Below, piece after piece: positions 8,632-19,185 of a DNA stretch of 64,000 nt. Numbering within the stretch: position 1 is the first letter of the stretch; every line of letters starts with the position of its first letter. This stretch comes from an uncultured virus (IMG/VR IMGVR_UViG_3300025889_000100) (Duplodnaviria > Heunggongvirae > Uroviricota > Caudoviricetes): the IMG/VR virus record IMGVR_UViG_3300025889_000100, one strand, 5' to 3'. The position numbers and the translations under genes were made by a program. The notes under the pieces are model-generated. The model worked only from the letters and a program-made list of their open reading frames with translations, searched no databases and had not been told where the DNA came from.

Positions 8632-8925
8632 GTTGGGAAGATATAATTAAAAAAGAAAATGAATTACCCAAACCATTCAAAGATGTCATAAAATGGAAAG
8701 GCAAATATTATAAACACTATGATACTAAAACAAGTGATTATGCACCTTTAGGAATTTATTATATATATTTTCCATCTGATAAAGATGGTAATTTAGTCGG
8801 TAATTCTCTAACTCATGAAATTAAAGAACTTGCTTTAGATTCGGATAGTGTAGATGCTAAGATAATTGAAGGCGATTTTGGCTATGTTGGTGTTGATTAA
8901 AAATATACAGGAGAGATTACAATGA
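8614..8925 (+). repeat. 18-bp direct repeat CAGGAGAGATTACAATGA (8614-8631, 8908-8925) flanking gene 8628-8900
   Basis: Exact match read from the sequence. Confidence 0.9.
8628..8900 (+). CDS. Hypothetical protein with leader (MSWEDIIK)
   Basis: ORF track. Confidence 0.8.
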   Translation: MSWEDIIKKENELPKPFKDVIKWKGKYYKHYDTKTSDYAPLGIYYIYFPSDKDGNLVGNSLTHEIKELALDSDSVDAKIIEGDFGYVGVD

Positions 8926-9029
8926 CACGCTGTAAATTACTTGACCAATGGTTTGATTCAAAGTCTAAAGAATTAGATAAGGAAGAAAATAAGCAGAAAA
9001 AAGATTTAATTACTGGACAAAAGAAGTGA
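8922..9029 (+). CDS. 35-aa hypothetical protein (MTRCKLLDQWF...), missing from ORF track
   Basis: GGAGA RBS; fills the gap before 9034. Confidence 0.55.
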   Translation: MTRCKLLDQWFDSKSKELDKEENKQKKDLITGQKK

Positions 9030-9033
9030 TTTT

Positions 9034-10953
9034 ATGTCAGAAATCAAAACTTTTCTGGAAACTGCGAAGAAGGGTAAAACCTTGCGTAGTCTTTTACAAT
9101 TTTTATTAGTCAAAGATATTACAGAAGAGTTCAAAGGTGCAAACTTATCTAGTTCAATCAGTAAAACATTTGAAATGTTAAATTCAGGTAGTTTAGATAA
9201 TGAAGTTGAGAATATCCTCAACGAAACAATATTCAAAGGGAAAAAAGATGAAGTTCTTTCTCGATTAAATTCACTAAAAGAAGCATTTCTCTCTAAAGGA
9301 ACAGGAACTGCATCAAGAACAAAAGAGTTCAACGACAAAATTAAACCAAAACTTTCTAAATTAAGAGAACTTTCGCAAAAATTAAGAGAAAATAAGGATA
9401 ATGAAGCCGTATTTTCTAAAATAAAAGGTGAATCAGAAGAGTTAGTTACTGAATTAAACGAAGAAATAGAAAAATTTACCGAAAAATTTGGAAGAGAAGG
9501 CGGATTTAGAGATACTCCTAAGATTAAAGAGTTAATGGATGCCACAAAAAAGACAATTTCTGAATTTAAAGAGTTATTTTTAACAAAAGACGTTTCTTCT
9601 GATGCAGGTTACTACGATTCTATCATTCAAGATAATATTTCTTTCGTTTTAGAGAGAGATATTAAGAGTTTTACCTCAGATGACGTTGAAAATTACATCA
9701 CAGCAGTAAATAATGCTGTCGGAAAGGCTTCAACAGGCAAATTTAGGCCATTATACATAGACCATGAAGAAAACGGTGTTCAAATTAACTCAAGTTTTCC
9801 AAAAAGACTCTACAAAGGTAAAAGAGCAACACTAGTAAAGCCCCTAAAGTTCTTAATTAACAGCGATTTTGGTCAAGATTGGTGGAAACAATGGTCTAAA
9901 GGACAAACTCGTAAAGGAGTCATAACTGCATCCGAAATTAGAGAAAGAATTGTTAAGCAATTGTTTTATGGTGGTTTAACTTTTAGAGAACATTTTAATT
10001 TTAGAGCAGGTAGCGATACTGATAATGAAAAAATTATAAGAAATAATGAAAAATTGGATATAATTGAAGAAAAAGATGAAGCGGGAAATAAGACAAAACG
10101 TCTTAAGTTAGACGATACGTTAAATAAAACAATAGGTAATGCAGTTAGCGGGGAATCCTTAGAAAAAATATTTAGTTCATTTTATACAGAAACATTAGGT
10201 AAAAATTACAACCCCACAGAAAATCACAATAAATTACTTATTGAATTAATTAAAAAATACAGACAGCCTGTTGAAAAGTTCCAAAATTTTCTTAAAAAAG
10301 AGTATAGTGACCTAATTGATAAACTAATTAAAAAAGTCCGAACAGATAAATCAAAACTAGGGACAGTTATTAGGATTGAAAATGTAGAATTGCCGAAGGG
10401 TCTTGAGTATGACGAAAAAGAAAACACTTTTATTGACGAAGAGGAAGATACTCTCACTTTAGAAGAAGTAAGAGAGATATATGAAGGTGATGAATTAGCC
10501 ACAATCAATCAATACATAAAAAATATAAACACACCTATGGAAGAACCCGATACTTTCTTTGATTTCTTAAATAGTAAAGAAGATATCGAAGCATATTTTA
10601 ATAAAATTGCAACTAATCAACTAATTAGCCCAAATGTAGACAATTTGCTAGGTGTTTTGTTTGAATTAAGCGAAATGGCTGAAAGAGAAGGCAATTATGA
10701 GGTATTAGAAGAAGAAATTCAATCAATTATGACCAATAAAGCCTTCGATTCTAATGAAAAAAGGGAACAAATTGAGAAAATTGAGAGGGCTATTGTTGAT
10801 AAATTAAAGAATTATAGTAGGTTAATTAAGAGAGGATTTGCCCAAAAAGCAAAGGATTTCATAGAAAATCACCGTAATTATAGTACAAGTGCCGATGTAA
10901 GAGGGAAACTTTTAAGGCAACTGGAAGAACAGAACGTAATTAGGAGGGGATGA
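9034..10953 (+). CDS. Large charged alpha-helical protein (639 aa)
   Basis: Long ORF, E/K-rich, no motif recognised. Confidence 0.85.
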   Translation: MSEIKTFLETAKKGKTLRSLLQFLLVKDITEEFKGANLSSSISKTFEMLNSGSLDNEVENILNETIFKGKKDEVLSRLNSLKEAFLSKGTGTASRTKEFNDKIKPKLSKLRELSQKLRENKDNEAVFSKIKGESEELVTELNEEIEKFTEKFGREGGFRDTPKIKELMDATKKTISEFKELFLTKDVSSDAGYYDSIIQDNISFVLERDIKSFTSDDVENYITAVNNAVGKASTGKFRPLYIDHEENGVQINSSFPKRLYKGKRATLVKPLKFLINSDFGQDWWKQWSKGQTRKGVITASEIRERIVKQLFYGGLTFREHFNFRAGSDTDNEKIIRNNEKLDIIEEKDEAGNKTKRLKLDDTLNKTIGNAVSGESLEKIFSSFYTETLGKNYNPTENHNKLLIELIKKYRQPVEKFQNFLKKEYSDLIDKLIKKVRTDKSKLGTVIRIENVELPKGLEYDEKENTFIDEEEDTLTLEEVREIYEGDELATINQYIKNINTPMEEPDTFFDFLNSKEDIEAYFNKIATNQLISPNVDNLLGVLFELSEMAEREGNYEVLEEEIQSIMTNKAFDSNEKREQIEKIERAIVDKLKNYSRLIKRGFAQKAKDFIENHRNYSTSADVRGKLLRQLEEQNVIRRG

Positions 10954-13751
10954 GTATGTCTGAGGTTATTAAAGCAAAAAGAGAAGCCAAAGTTTTAGAA
11001 AAAATCCCTCAAGATTTATTTAATGAAATTGTCGGTGCAATGCCAGAAAGCGAAGCACCTGCACTAAATAGTTTATTGTTAGAATTGAACAAGGAAACGA
11101 AGCAATTTGACGAAAATATGTCAAGAATCGAAAAGAAGAGAAAAAAGAAAGAAATAAGAAATAAAATTGAAAATTTCTTTTCAGAAGTAGAATCAAGAGC
11201 AAGTAAGCCAAATGAAGCAATTAGAGAACAGATTAAAGAAGTTCAAGAAAAATTCAAAAAAGATTCTGCTGAAACAACAAAAAAGTTTAGCGAAGAAAGA
11301 AAGAAAAAAATGAAAAATTTAGAAGGTAAGCAACCATCAGAAAAAATTAGACAAGAAGTTGCTGATATTGCTTCTAAGAGAAATTCTGAACTTCAAGAAT
11401 TAGCAAGGCAAAGAGATGCAGATGTAGAAAAATTAGAAAGAGAACTTACGGCAAGTGTGGAGTCTATTGAAATAGATAGAAGATTAATCGGTAAATTGGC
11501 TAATAAATTCTTTACTGTAAAAGTAGATAAATTAGAGAATCTAATAAATAAAATTAAAATACAAAGAGATGGAGAGTCATATCCTAACAAAGTATTTATC
11601 AACTTAGATGCTGATAGTTTAGACAAATATGATTTTACTTTTACAAATGTAGAGTCTGTTGATATTTCACAACTTAAGGAACTAAAAAAGACTTCTGAAA
11701 AGAAAGCACATATTCAACTTATTATTGACACAATTAAGAAAAAAGAAAAAATTTCTACAAAGAAGTTCACAGGCTTCGGTATAGATTCAGATGAACTAAT
11801 TGCAGGATTTAATCTTACAAAGTCAAATGAAAGAGAAGCGATTTATAAGTTTTGGGAAAAGGTTTCAGAAAAAGAAACTGAATTCGTTGAAGCCACTAGA
11901 ACCTTTATTCAAGAATTAGAAAACTTACAAGATGAAGTTAAGTCCAAAGAAATAAAATCTTTTATCAGCAAATATAAAAATAGTATCAGCAAAGGAGAAT
12001 TATTTTACTTAATGCCATTCCCATCACAACTTAAAAGAATACCAGAACCATTGGGTATTTTAATTAACATTATTGCATTCAAAGAAAAATTCTATGAAGA
12101 AGTAGAGGTTTCCTTTGAAGAAGATAATTCTGATGAATTACAAGGTTTTATGTCAGATTTTGCCGCTTATGTCCCATCGGATGAAAGAGGTGGCGGTGGA
12201 GGAACTAAAGCATCTTTTGATGTTTACAAGCCAAACTTACTTGAAGAACTTAATTCTGATTTAACAGGTGAACTCAAAAACGTTGAAGAAGACTTAGGCA
12301 CGATAGACCCGCTACTATTATACGATATGGTAGTTAATGGAACTATTGCCTTAGTTAAGAAAGAAATTTCAGAATTTAACGAAGAGTTAGATGAATTTAT
12401 TGATTCTGATTCATTTGATTATATTTCAGGAGTACTTGGTGAGATAAGCGTAAAGGATGCTATTTTACCTGAAGATGACTTTGAAGAATTACAAGATTTA
12501 GTAGATGCTTTACAAGATACCTTTGCAATTGAAGGAGATAGTTTTACTTTACCTGTCTTTATGCTTTACGATGAAAAATTTGAAAGAGCATATGAAGGAA
12601 AAGAAATAGAATATAGAGAGAACCTTGAAACCAAAAATCCAAAAGAAATTGATGATAAAATTCAGGAGTTCTTAAAAGATGTTATTTCTTTGGTTGATAT
12701 TGATTTCCAATTTGCTATTAAAGAAGGAAAAGCAGCAGAAAAAACTTTAGGCTATGAACCTGATAGAACAATCACTTCTTGGGCGAGGGATAGAGATAGA
12801 GTAACTATTGACAGATTAGAACAAAGTCAAGTTTCTACCCTAAGAGGAAAAAAGGCTGAAAAAAGAATTGAAGAAGACCTTAAAGAAACTATGACTCCTT
12901 TCTTAACTGCAATTTCAGAATATTATTATAAACCATTCTTTAGAAATAGAGATATTGGAACAAAACCAAAATATCTTTCTAACAATACTGGAAGAGGAAT
13001 TGTTTTATTGGCTAATGAATTAAAAGTAGATACTATTCTTGGTTCATCTTACAAAAAATTACTAAGAGGAACACAATCACAAAGAAGACAATTAAGACCA
13101 AAACTATTCAAAGACATTCTAGCATTTTTACAACTTACAAGAAACCCATCAAACTTACAACAATTGATAGATATGGGAGAAAGTGCCGTTCAAGGACTTA
13201 ATAAAATTTTCCCAAAAACAGAAGAAAGAAACAGAAATCATATTGCAAAGATTATTTCATCTCTAGCGGATAAAATGAAAACTAAAGATACGGTAGATAG
13301 AAAAACAATCAAAGGAAAAACAATCAAGCAAAGAGCCTTAGAATACGATAAGCAAGTTTCACAAGGATTAGAAATGCCCCTCTTCGCTTTGCCATATTGG
13401 ATTACTGTAAATAAAAGAAGTTTCAATAATAAAACTCATGAGAAAGCATTTTCTCAATTAGAAAATTTCTTCAATAGAGGACAGAATGTTCCGCTTGTTC
13501 TGACAAAGATGCTAATGGCTCACGATGAAATTAGAAAGATGTTGGGTAAAGATGTAGTATATGGGTTCTATAATTTAGAATACAATGACATTGATGAGTT
13601 TATTCTCAAGATACACGATGAGAATAAATTAGATTTAAGCCACATGGAAGTTACTGAAATCGTAAAGTCATATGATTCCCATGAGAATATCTCAAAAGAA
13701 TACGGAATTAGTTCTGACGAAGTATATTTAATCAAGGCAAACTTTAGGTGA
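10950..13751 (+). CDS. Large charged alpha-helical protein (933 aa) with HTH-like C-terminus
   Basis: Coiled-coil N-terminal part; ends SHENISKEYGISSDEVYLIKANFR. Confidence 0.85.
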   Translation: MSMSEVIKAKREAKVLEKIPQDLFNEIVGAMPESEAPALNSLLLELNKETKQFDENMSRIEKKRKKKEIRNKIENFFSEVESRASKPNEAIREQIKEVQEKFKKDSAETTKKFSEERKKKMKNLEGKQPSEKIRQEVADIASKRNSELQELARQRDADVEKLERELTASVESIEIDRRLIGKLANKFFTVKVDKLENLINKIKIQRDGESYPNKVFINLDADSLDKYDFTFTNVESVDISQLKELKKTSEKKAHIQLIIDTIKKKEKISTKKFTGFGIDSDELIAGFNLTKSNEREAIYKFWEKVSEKETEFVEATRTFIQELENLQDEVKSKEIKSFISKYKNSISKGELFYLMPFPSQLKRIPEPLGILINIIAFKEKFYEEVEVSFEEDNSDELQGFMSDFAAYVPSDERGGGGGTKASFDVYKPNLLEELNSDLTGELKNVEEDLGTIDPLLLYDMVVNGTIALVKKEISEFNEELDEFIDSDSFDYISGVLGEISVKDAILPEDDFEELQDLVDALQDTFAIEGDSFTLPVFMLYDEKFERAYEGKEIEYRENLETKNPKEIDDKIQEFLKDVISLVDIDFQFAIKEGKAAEKTLGYEPDRTITSWARDRDRVTIDRLEQSQVSTLRGKKAEKRIEEDLKETMTPFLTAISEYYYKPFFRNRDIGTKPKYLSNNTGRGIVLLANELKVDTILGSSYKKLLRGTQSQRRQLRPKLFKDILAFLQLTRNPSNLQQLIDMGESAVQGLNKIFPKTEERNRNHIAKIISSLADKMKTKDTVDRKTIKGKTIKQRALEYDKQVSQGLEMPLFALPYWITVNKRSFNNKTHEKAFSQLENFFNRGQNVPLVLTKMLMAHDEIRKMLGKDVVYGFYNLEYNDIDEFILKIHDENKLDLSHMEVTEIVKSYDSHENISKEYGISSDEVYLIKANFR

Positions 13752-13755
13752 TATT

Positions 13756-14373
13756 ATGGTAGAAAAGTATTCTAAAGATGACATTGAATTTAAAGAAATG
13801 TCAGAAGATGAAGCAGTTGCTACATTCGTTAAAGATGGCTATGATAAATATGTTAAAAGAAGCGTAAGATATGGGAGTAATCTTTCTCCAGATTCAGAAT
13901 GGGCAAAAAGCCCAGCAAAAATGTTTGTTGCTTTTTATGAAGATAAACCAGTTGGTGTCATGGGATTTTCAGAATACAAGGGAGTTCTTCTAGGTGCAGG
14001 TATTCATATTCGTGAAGATGAAAGAAAAAAAGGCTTATTTGGAATTTTAGTAGATAAAATTCTTTCTGAGAAAGGAAGTAAGACTCTTTACATTAACGTA
14101 GCAAAAGAAGGATTAGGTGCTGCATTTCGGAAAAAGGGGTTTAAAGATATGAAAAAGGATGAACTCCCTCAAGACATACAAGAAGACCTTCAGGGAACTA
14201 AGTATTCAGACCAAGTTCAAAAGTGGATGAAATTAAAGGCTAAAGATATGGCAGAAGACAAGCCTATGCCACAAATTACTACTCGTATAAAAGGAAAAAC
14301 AGAAAAGACAAAGGATAGAACCTATTCTGGTAAAAACTTCCCCGAATGGAAAAAGATTCTTAGGGGTGATTAA
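13756..14373 (+). CDS. GNAT-family N-acetyltransferase with C-terminal WKKILR motif
   Basis: FVAFYEDKPVG strand, motif A-like IHIREDERKKGLF and motif B-like AAFRKKGF. Confidence 0.7.
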   Translation: MVEKYSKDDIEFKEMSEDEAVATFVKDGYDKYVKRSVRYGSNLSPDSEWAKSPAKMFVAFYEDKPVGVMGFSEYKGVLLGAGIHIREDERKKGLFGILVDKILSEKGSKTLYINVAKEGLGAAFRKKGFKDMKKDELPQDIQEDLQGTKYSDQVQKWMKLKAKDMAEDKPMPQITTRIKGKTEKTKDRTYSGKNFPEWKKILRGD

Positions 14374-15183
14374 ATGGGATGGAAAGATATTCTAAAGGTA
14401 TTACCTCCTAGTGATTGGGAAGCATATCCATATCCAGAATTAGAAGCAGTAAGTGGTGATTATCAAGCCAAAGCCAAAGATATAGGTTCTACTAGATTTA
14501 TCGTCAGACCTCACTATTTAGATAGGCTTTATAACGTAACTCCTAAAGGACACGGCACAAGAAAAAGAAATACAGATGATTTGAATAAGTGGGCAAATGG
14601 TGCTAAAAATTTACCAACAGGCAAATACTGGATGTATGCTAATGAGGATGAAAATGATTTAGATGTAATTATTTTAAATGTTATTGGAAAAGGGCAACCA
14701 TTTCCAGGCCATGCTAATAAAAAGAAATTAGATAGAAGCATTACCAATTCTGAAACAGGAGAACAAATAACGAAAGTTGTTTTCTTTACTAACTACTTCG
14801 GAGTAAAGGGAATAAGACAACGAGTTGCTAGTAAATTTAAAGCGACTCGTTTTGATTATCTTTATACTGGATTAAAGCCTAATCACAAACAAAGAGATGT
14901 AAGTGATGCTAAGGTTAAAAGAAAGGTAAAATCAATTAGTATAGATGATTTGAGTTCTCCACAACAAACAAAACCTGATGCTACTCCAGAAAAACCAAAG
15001 AAAGAATATGGTAAATTAGTTAGTGAATATTTAAAGGATGTTAAAGGATTTAATATTGATTTACCCATAAATACTCTTAAAGAAATGATTACTGAAAAAG
15101 GTAAAACCACTTGGCCCTTGCTTGGAAGAAGAGAACGAAGAGATTTAATAGACGATGCTAAAGCCTATCATAAATTAAGGTGA
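14374..15183 (+). CDS. Hypothetical protein with leader (MGWKDILK)
   Basis: ORF track; GGTGA RBS. Confidence 0.8.
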   Translation: MGWKDILKVLPPSDWEAYPYPELEAVSGDYQAKAKDIGSTRFIVRPHYLDRLYNVTPKGHGTRKRNTDDLNKWANGAKNLPTGKYWMYANEDENDLDVIILNVIGKGQPFPGHANKKKLDRSITNSETGEQITKVVFFTNYFGVKGIRQRVASKFKATRFDYLYTGLKPNHKQRDVSDAKVKRKVKSISIDDLSSPQQTKPDATPEKPKKEYGKLVSEYLKDVKGFNIDLPINTLKEMITEKGKTTWPLLGRRERRDLIDDAKAYHKLR

Positions 15184-15187
15184 TTAG

Positions 15188-16618
15188 ATGGAAATAGAAG
15201 AATTTAATCTAGAACATCAAATGGATATGGAGTTATCAAAGAACTCCTTTCCATATTTTTTCCAACACGTTCTAGGTTTTGACTTTCCAACATACATACA
15301 AGAATGGTATGGCTTGATGAATGATACACAAAGAACTGTTATTATTTGTAGCCGTGACCACGGAAAATCTGTATTTATGCATTCATGGGTTGTTTGGAAT
15401 TTAGTGTTTAGACCTCCGCCATATCAAATGCTTTACATCTCATCTAACCAAAAACAGACAATGGTTCACATGAGAGATATTGATAAGATGTTTCAGCACC
15501 CATTACTTAAAAAATTCAAACCCTCTAGAGGTTGGGCTATTGGAAACATTACATTAACAAACGGTAATCAAATTCTTGAGCGTTCCGTTGGTTCACAGAT
15601 TCGTGGTTTGCACCCACAAGAAATTATTATTGACGACCCCTTGAAAGAATTTAGCGTAAGCGGTATTCAAAAGGTTACAGACTGGTTTTACGGGGATATG
15701 ATTCCTACTCTTCACCATACTGCATCTTTGAGAGTTATCGGAACTCCGTTCAGTTATACGGATATTTACCGACAACTTGAAGAAAATGCCGCATATACTG
15801 TTAGAACCTATCCTTGTTTAAATGCTCTCAATGAACCCCTTTGGCCTGACCGTTGGGACTATGATGCTTTAATGTCAAGAAAGGCTGAAATTGGTTCACT
15901 TAAATTTACAAGAGAATATATGTGTGTTCCTATTTCAACTGGTACTTCTCTCTTTAATCCAGAATATTTAGACCTTGCAAAGAATAAGAACTTAGTTTTG
16001 AAACCTAGTAGAAGAGAAGGATATAAGTATTATGTGGGAGTTGACCCAGCAATTTCAACAGATGGCGACTATAACGTAATTACTGTATTAGAAGTTGATG
16101 AAGATGACAATAAAAACATTGTATATATTGACCGTTCTAAAAACGTAGAGTTTAGAGAAAACATCAATAAAGTTAAACTTATTGGTAAAATATTCAATCC
16201 AGAAGTAATCCTTTTTGAAACAAATACATTCGCAAAGTCATTTACTCAGGAACTTCGCAACGTCGCAGATTTAAATGTTCATGACTTTAACACTACTCGA
16301 AAGAAAAAAGAAGAAATTATCTTAAATTTGCAAATGACCTTAGAAAACCAAAAGATGAATTTTCCTTATGGTAATGAAGAAAGTCGAAGAGTTACTTCTG
16401 CTTTGGTAGAAGAACTGTCTATGTTTGCTATTACAGAACGTGGAAGATTTGAGGGAATCGGGGCGCACGACGACATGGTGATGAGCCTAGCACTAGCCAA
16501 TTCAGCGACGTTTCAGATGACGGATAACTTCATACTCTTAGATGACATGGAGATATTCGGGAGTTCTAAACCGTCTAACAATCGAGTTAAAACACCTTTC
16601 TTGGGGTTGAATTTTTAA
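15188..16618 (+). CDS. terL: Terminase large subunit
   Basis: Walker A SRDHGKS, IRGLHP/IIIDD Walker B, GTP coupling motif, nuclease VGVDPA and HDDMVMSLALA. Confidence 0.95.
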   Translation: MEIEEFNLEHQMDMELSKNSFPYFFQHVLGFDFPTYIQEWYGLMNDTQRTVIICSRDHGKSVFMHSWVVWNLVFRPPPYQMLYISSNQKQTMVHMRDIDKMFQHPLLKKFKPSRGWAIGNITLTNGNQILERSVGSQIRGLHPQEIIIDDPLKEFSVSGIQKVTDWFYGDMIPTLHHTASLRVIGTPFSYTDIYRQLEENAAYTVRTYPCLNALNEPLWPDRWDYDALMSRKAEIGSLKFTREYMCVPISTGTSLFNPEYLDLAKNKNLVLKPSRREGYKYYVGVDPAISTDGDYNVITVLEVDEDDNKNIVYIDRSKNVEFRENINKVKLIGKIFNPEVILFETNTFAKSFTQELRNVADLNVHDFNTTRKKKEEIILNLQMTLENQKMNFPYGNEESRRVTSALVEELSMFAITERGRFEGIGAHDDMVMSLALANSATFQMTDNFILLDDMEIFGSSKPSNNRVKTPFLGLNF

Positions 16619-16944
16619 TGTGGGAAGATATTCTTAAAAGAAAAAAATCTTACACTGGTAAGTTAAAAGACCTTGTTAATGAAGTTTATACTGGTAAAAT
16701 AGTGGGTGCTGATTTTAAAAAGGTAAAACAACTCTTAGCAGATGAAGACTTCGATATTAGATTTCACGTTGAGTTACAAGTAAAGCGTGGAGAATTTGTT
16801 CACTTTTTTACATTTGCAGCGAGAACTTTTATGGATTTCTTGACAGGATTATCAACAACTATTGTAGGCATGAAGATACCATCTTTGGGTAGAGAATTCA
16901 ATAAAAATAGAGATATTATCAGAATATATTCAGATGACGTTTAG
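16618..16944 (+). CDS. Hypothetical protein with leader (MWEDILK)
   Basis: ORF track; TAATG coupling to terL. Confidence 0.8.
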   Translation: MWEDILKRKKSYTGKLKDLVNEVYTGKIVGADFKKVKQLLADEDFDIRFHVELQVKRGEFVHFFTFAARTFMDFLTGLSTTIVGMKIPSLGREFNKNRDIIRIYSDDV

Positions 16945-16952
16945 GTGATATT

Positions 16953-18323
16953 ATGGCAACAGCAGAAGAAATGAGAGAGGCTTCCGATAAATTACAGGAA
17001 CTTGCTAGAATTTCTGAAGAAGAAGAGGGTTTAAAGGAAGAACTCTCAGAAACGATAGGTGATGATATTAAACTATCCTTTCTAAGTACAGGCCACGTTT
17101 TATCAGAATATGAAGAAATTCAACAAATCTCAAAAAATCTAAATATGAATCTAACTGATGCAAGAAAACAATTAACTTATCCTAACGAATATTCTATTGA
17201 TGGTCAATCAATTCCAGACTTAGTAAAGAAAATGCGTTTGGCTCGAAGAGAACTAAAAGGAGAACAGAAAGATAAAATGTCAAAGGCAATTGACAATATC
17301 ATTGATGCTTATTCAGACCATGTTATGAAGTGTATTGATTCTATTCATTGGCTTAAGCCATATAAATATCCATTACTCAAAATGAACTTTAATGAAAAGC
17401 ATTTGAGAAAAATGGAAAAAATGAAATCATTAGAAGAAAGAAGAAGCATTGTAGATACTCTTTGCAAGTTCTGGGAAAAGGATTTACAAATACAAGACAT
17501 GGCATATTCTGAAGAATATGCAAAAATTTCAAAAGAAATGAAAATAACTAAAAAACAATTTAGAGATACTATCGCTAAAATTAATGTTCAAAAAATTACG
17601 AAGAGTAAAAGAGAACTTGTTCAAGAATTCGTTTTAAAATCTATTTGTGAGAATAGAGGTATAGGAGCAAAAAGAATACATGATATGATGCCTAATAATC
17701 TTTACAAGCATACTAATTCAAATATGATTTCAAAAATGGTTAGAAGCATGGATGTTATCAATGACAACGGTTCTTATTACAAAGCACCGTCATTAATGAA
17801 GAAAAACATTTGGGCTTATTGTGCTGCATTTATTGATTCAGATGGATATATTACATTAGACCGCAACATGAATCCTAGAGTCGGAATGGTTGCTACGGGC
17901 CAAAGAGGTAGAGTATTTATGGAAGAAATGCACAAGTCTATTGGTTTTGGTCGTATGCATCTTGACCAGAAATCACCACAAAATACTCGATTAATTAATC
18001 GTTTAAATTTCTATTCACAAGATGACGTTACAAATATTTTAACAAAGTGCTTGCCTCATTTCAGATTAAAGAAGGGTAATGCTAATTTATTGCTCGAACT
18101 TATTCGCATGAAGAAATCATATAAGAAAGCCGATTGGTATAAAGACCGTTGCGATGAAATTTTCAAGTTAATGAAATGGGAGAACCATAAAGACCATGTT
18201 GGTTTTGATTGGGCTAAAGAAAATATTTACTTAGATGATATTGCAAAGTTACAAGGTAATTGTAAAATGAGTCTTATGGATGAATTGGAGAATGTCGGTG
18301 GTATTGTTCTTAAGGAGGTTTAA
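16953..18323 (+). CDS. Protein with a C-terminal LAGLIDADG endonuclease-like domain
   Basis: WAYCAAFIDSDGYITL motif and downstream LPHFRLKK; long helical N-terminal region. Confidence 0.8.
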   Translation: MATAEEMREASDKLQELARISEEEEGLKEELSETIGDDIKLSFLSTGHVLSEYEEIQQISKNLNMNLTDARKQLTYPNEYSIDGQSIPDLVKKMRLARRELKGEQKDKMSKAIDNIIDAYSDHVMKCIDSIHWLKPYKYPLLKMNFNEKHLRKMEKMKSLEERRSIVDTLCKFWEKDLQIQDMAYSEEYAKISKEMKITKKQFRDTIAKINVQKITKSKRELVQEFVLKSICENRGIGAKRIHDMMPNNLYKHTNSNMISKMVRSMDVINDNGSYYKAPSLMKKNIWAYCAAFIDSDGYITLDRNMNPRVGMVATGQRGRVFMEEMHKSIGFGRMHLDQKSPQNTRLINRLNFYSQDDVTNILTKCLPHFRLKKGNANLLLELIRMKKSYKKADWYKDRCDEIFKLMKWENHKDHVGFDWAKENIYLDDIAKLQGNCKMSLMDELENVGGIVLKEV

Positions 18324-18325
18324 TT

Positions 18326-18787
18326 ATGAACTGGATGAATATATTGAAGAGAAAAGTAGATACTTACGAAGAATACAAGAAAGAGCGTGAAAGATTACTT
18401 CAAGAACAGAAGAGGGAACAACAAAAGATATTGGATTCTCTATTTGATGAAAATGGTAAAAGAAAGAGATTTCTTAACAATGAAGAAATGAAAGAAATGG
18501 GGAAAATAAACGAACCTCTTAATAATTTTGATGATATAAATGAAGAATATTATGACAGAATGATTAGCGATGAAAAATTTGCAGAAGAAAATGAAAAGAG
18601 AATCAAAAGAGAAAGAGAACGAAAGGCACAGATGCAAGAAAGAGGATTAAAAGGCCGCAGACACGGTGGAAGAAAGAAAAATAAAAAGCGAAAAGGTCAA
18701 TTTCAAGTTCAAAGAGGTTCAGGTCAATCTAAATCACAAAGAAGAAGTGGTGGAAGAGATGACTCAAGACGATTCAGAAAATTATAG
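18326..18787 (+). CDS. Highly charged protein with leader (MNWMNILK) and basic tail
   Basis: ORF track; GGAGG RBS. Confidence 0.8.
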   Translation: MNWMNILKRKVDTYEEYKKERERLLQEQKREQQKILDSLFDENGKRKRFLNNEEMKEMGKINEPLNNFDDINEEYYDRMISDEKFAEENEKRIKRERERKAQMQERGLKGRRHGGRKKNKKRKGQFQVQRGSGQSKSQRRSGGRDDSRRFRKL

Positions 18788-18795
18788 GGATATTT

Positions 18796-18918
18796 ATGAA
18801 TATAGGAAACCATAATTTCATGTATTGTGGCATTTGCTACATTGAAGGAGAAAAACCATTCAGTTTCTGCGACTTATGCTGGATTGCTCATGGAAAACCA
18901 AAGGGGATGAATGAATGA
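18796..18918 (+). CDS. 40-aa Zn-finger peptide (CGIC...CDLC), missing from ORF track
   Basis: Translated by hand; ATGA overlap with the next gene. Confidence 0.55.
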   Translation: MNIGNHNFMYCGICYIEGEKPFSFCDLCWIAHGKPKGMNE

Positions 18919-19181
18919 GTTGGAAAGAAATCTTAAAATTTAAAAGGCGATTTAAAAAAGTCTACAAAAATAAAAAAACAGGTAGAACTAATACTGTCAA
19001 ATATGGACAGGCTGGGAAGGCTAAAGATGGAAAAGACCGAATAAGGCCAGGAACTTCTAAAGGAGACGCTTATTGTGCAAGGTCAAATAAAATCAAAGGT
19101 AATTGGAGAAATGACCCAAATAGCCCTAATAATCTAAGTAGAAAGAACTGGAAATGTCATGGTAATAAATCTAGAAGGTGA
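18915..19181 (+). CDS. Small basic protein with leader (MSWKEILK) and YCARS...WKC domain
   Basis: Resembles a small basic domain common in marine viruses (recalled, not searched). Confidence 0.75.
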   Translation: MSWKEILKFKRRFKKVYKNKKTGRTNTVKYGQAGKAKDGKDRIRPGTSKGDAYCARSNKIKGNWRNDPNSPNNLSRKNWKCHGNKSRR

Positions 19182-19185
19182 TATT

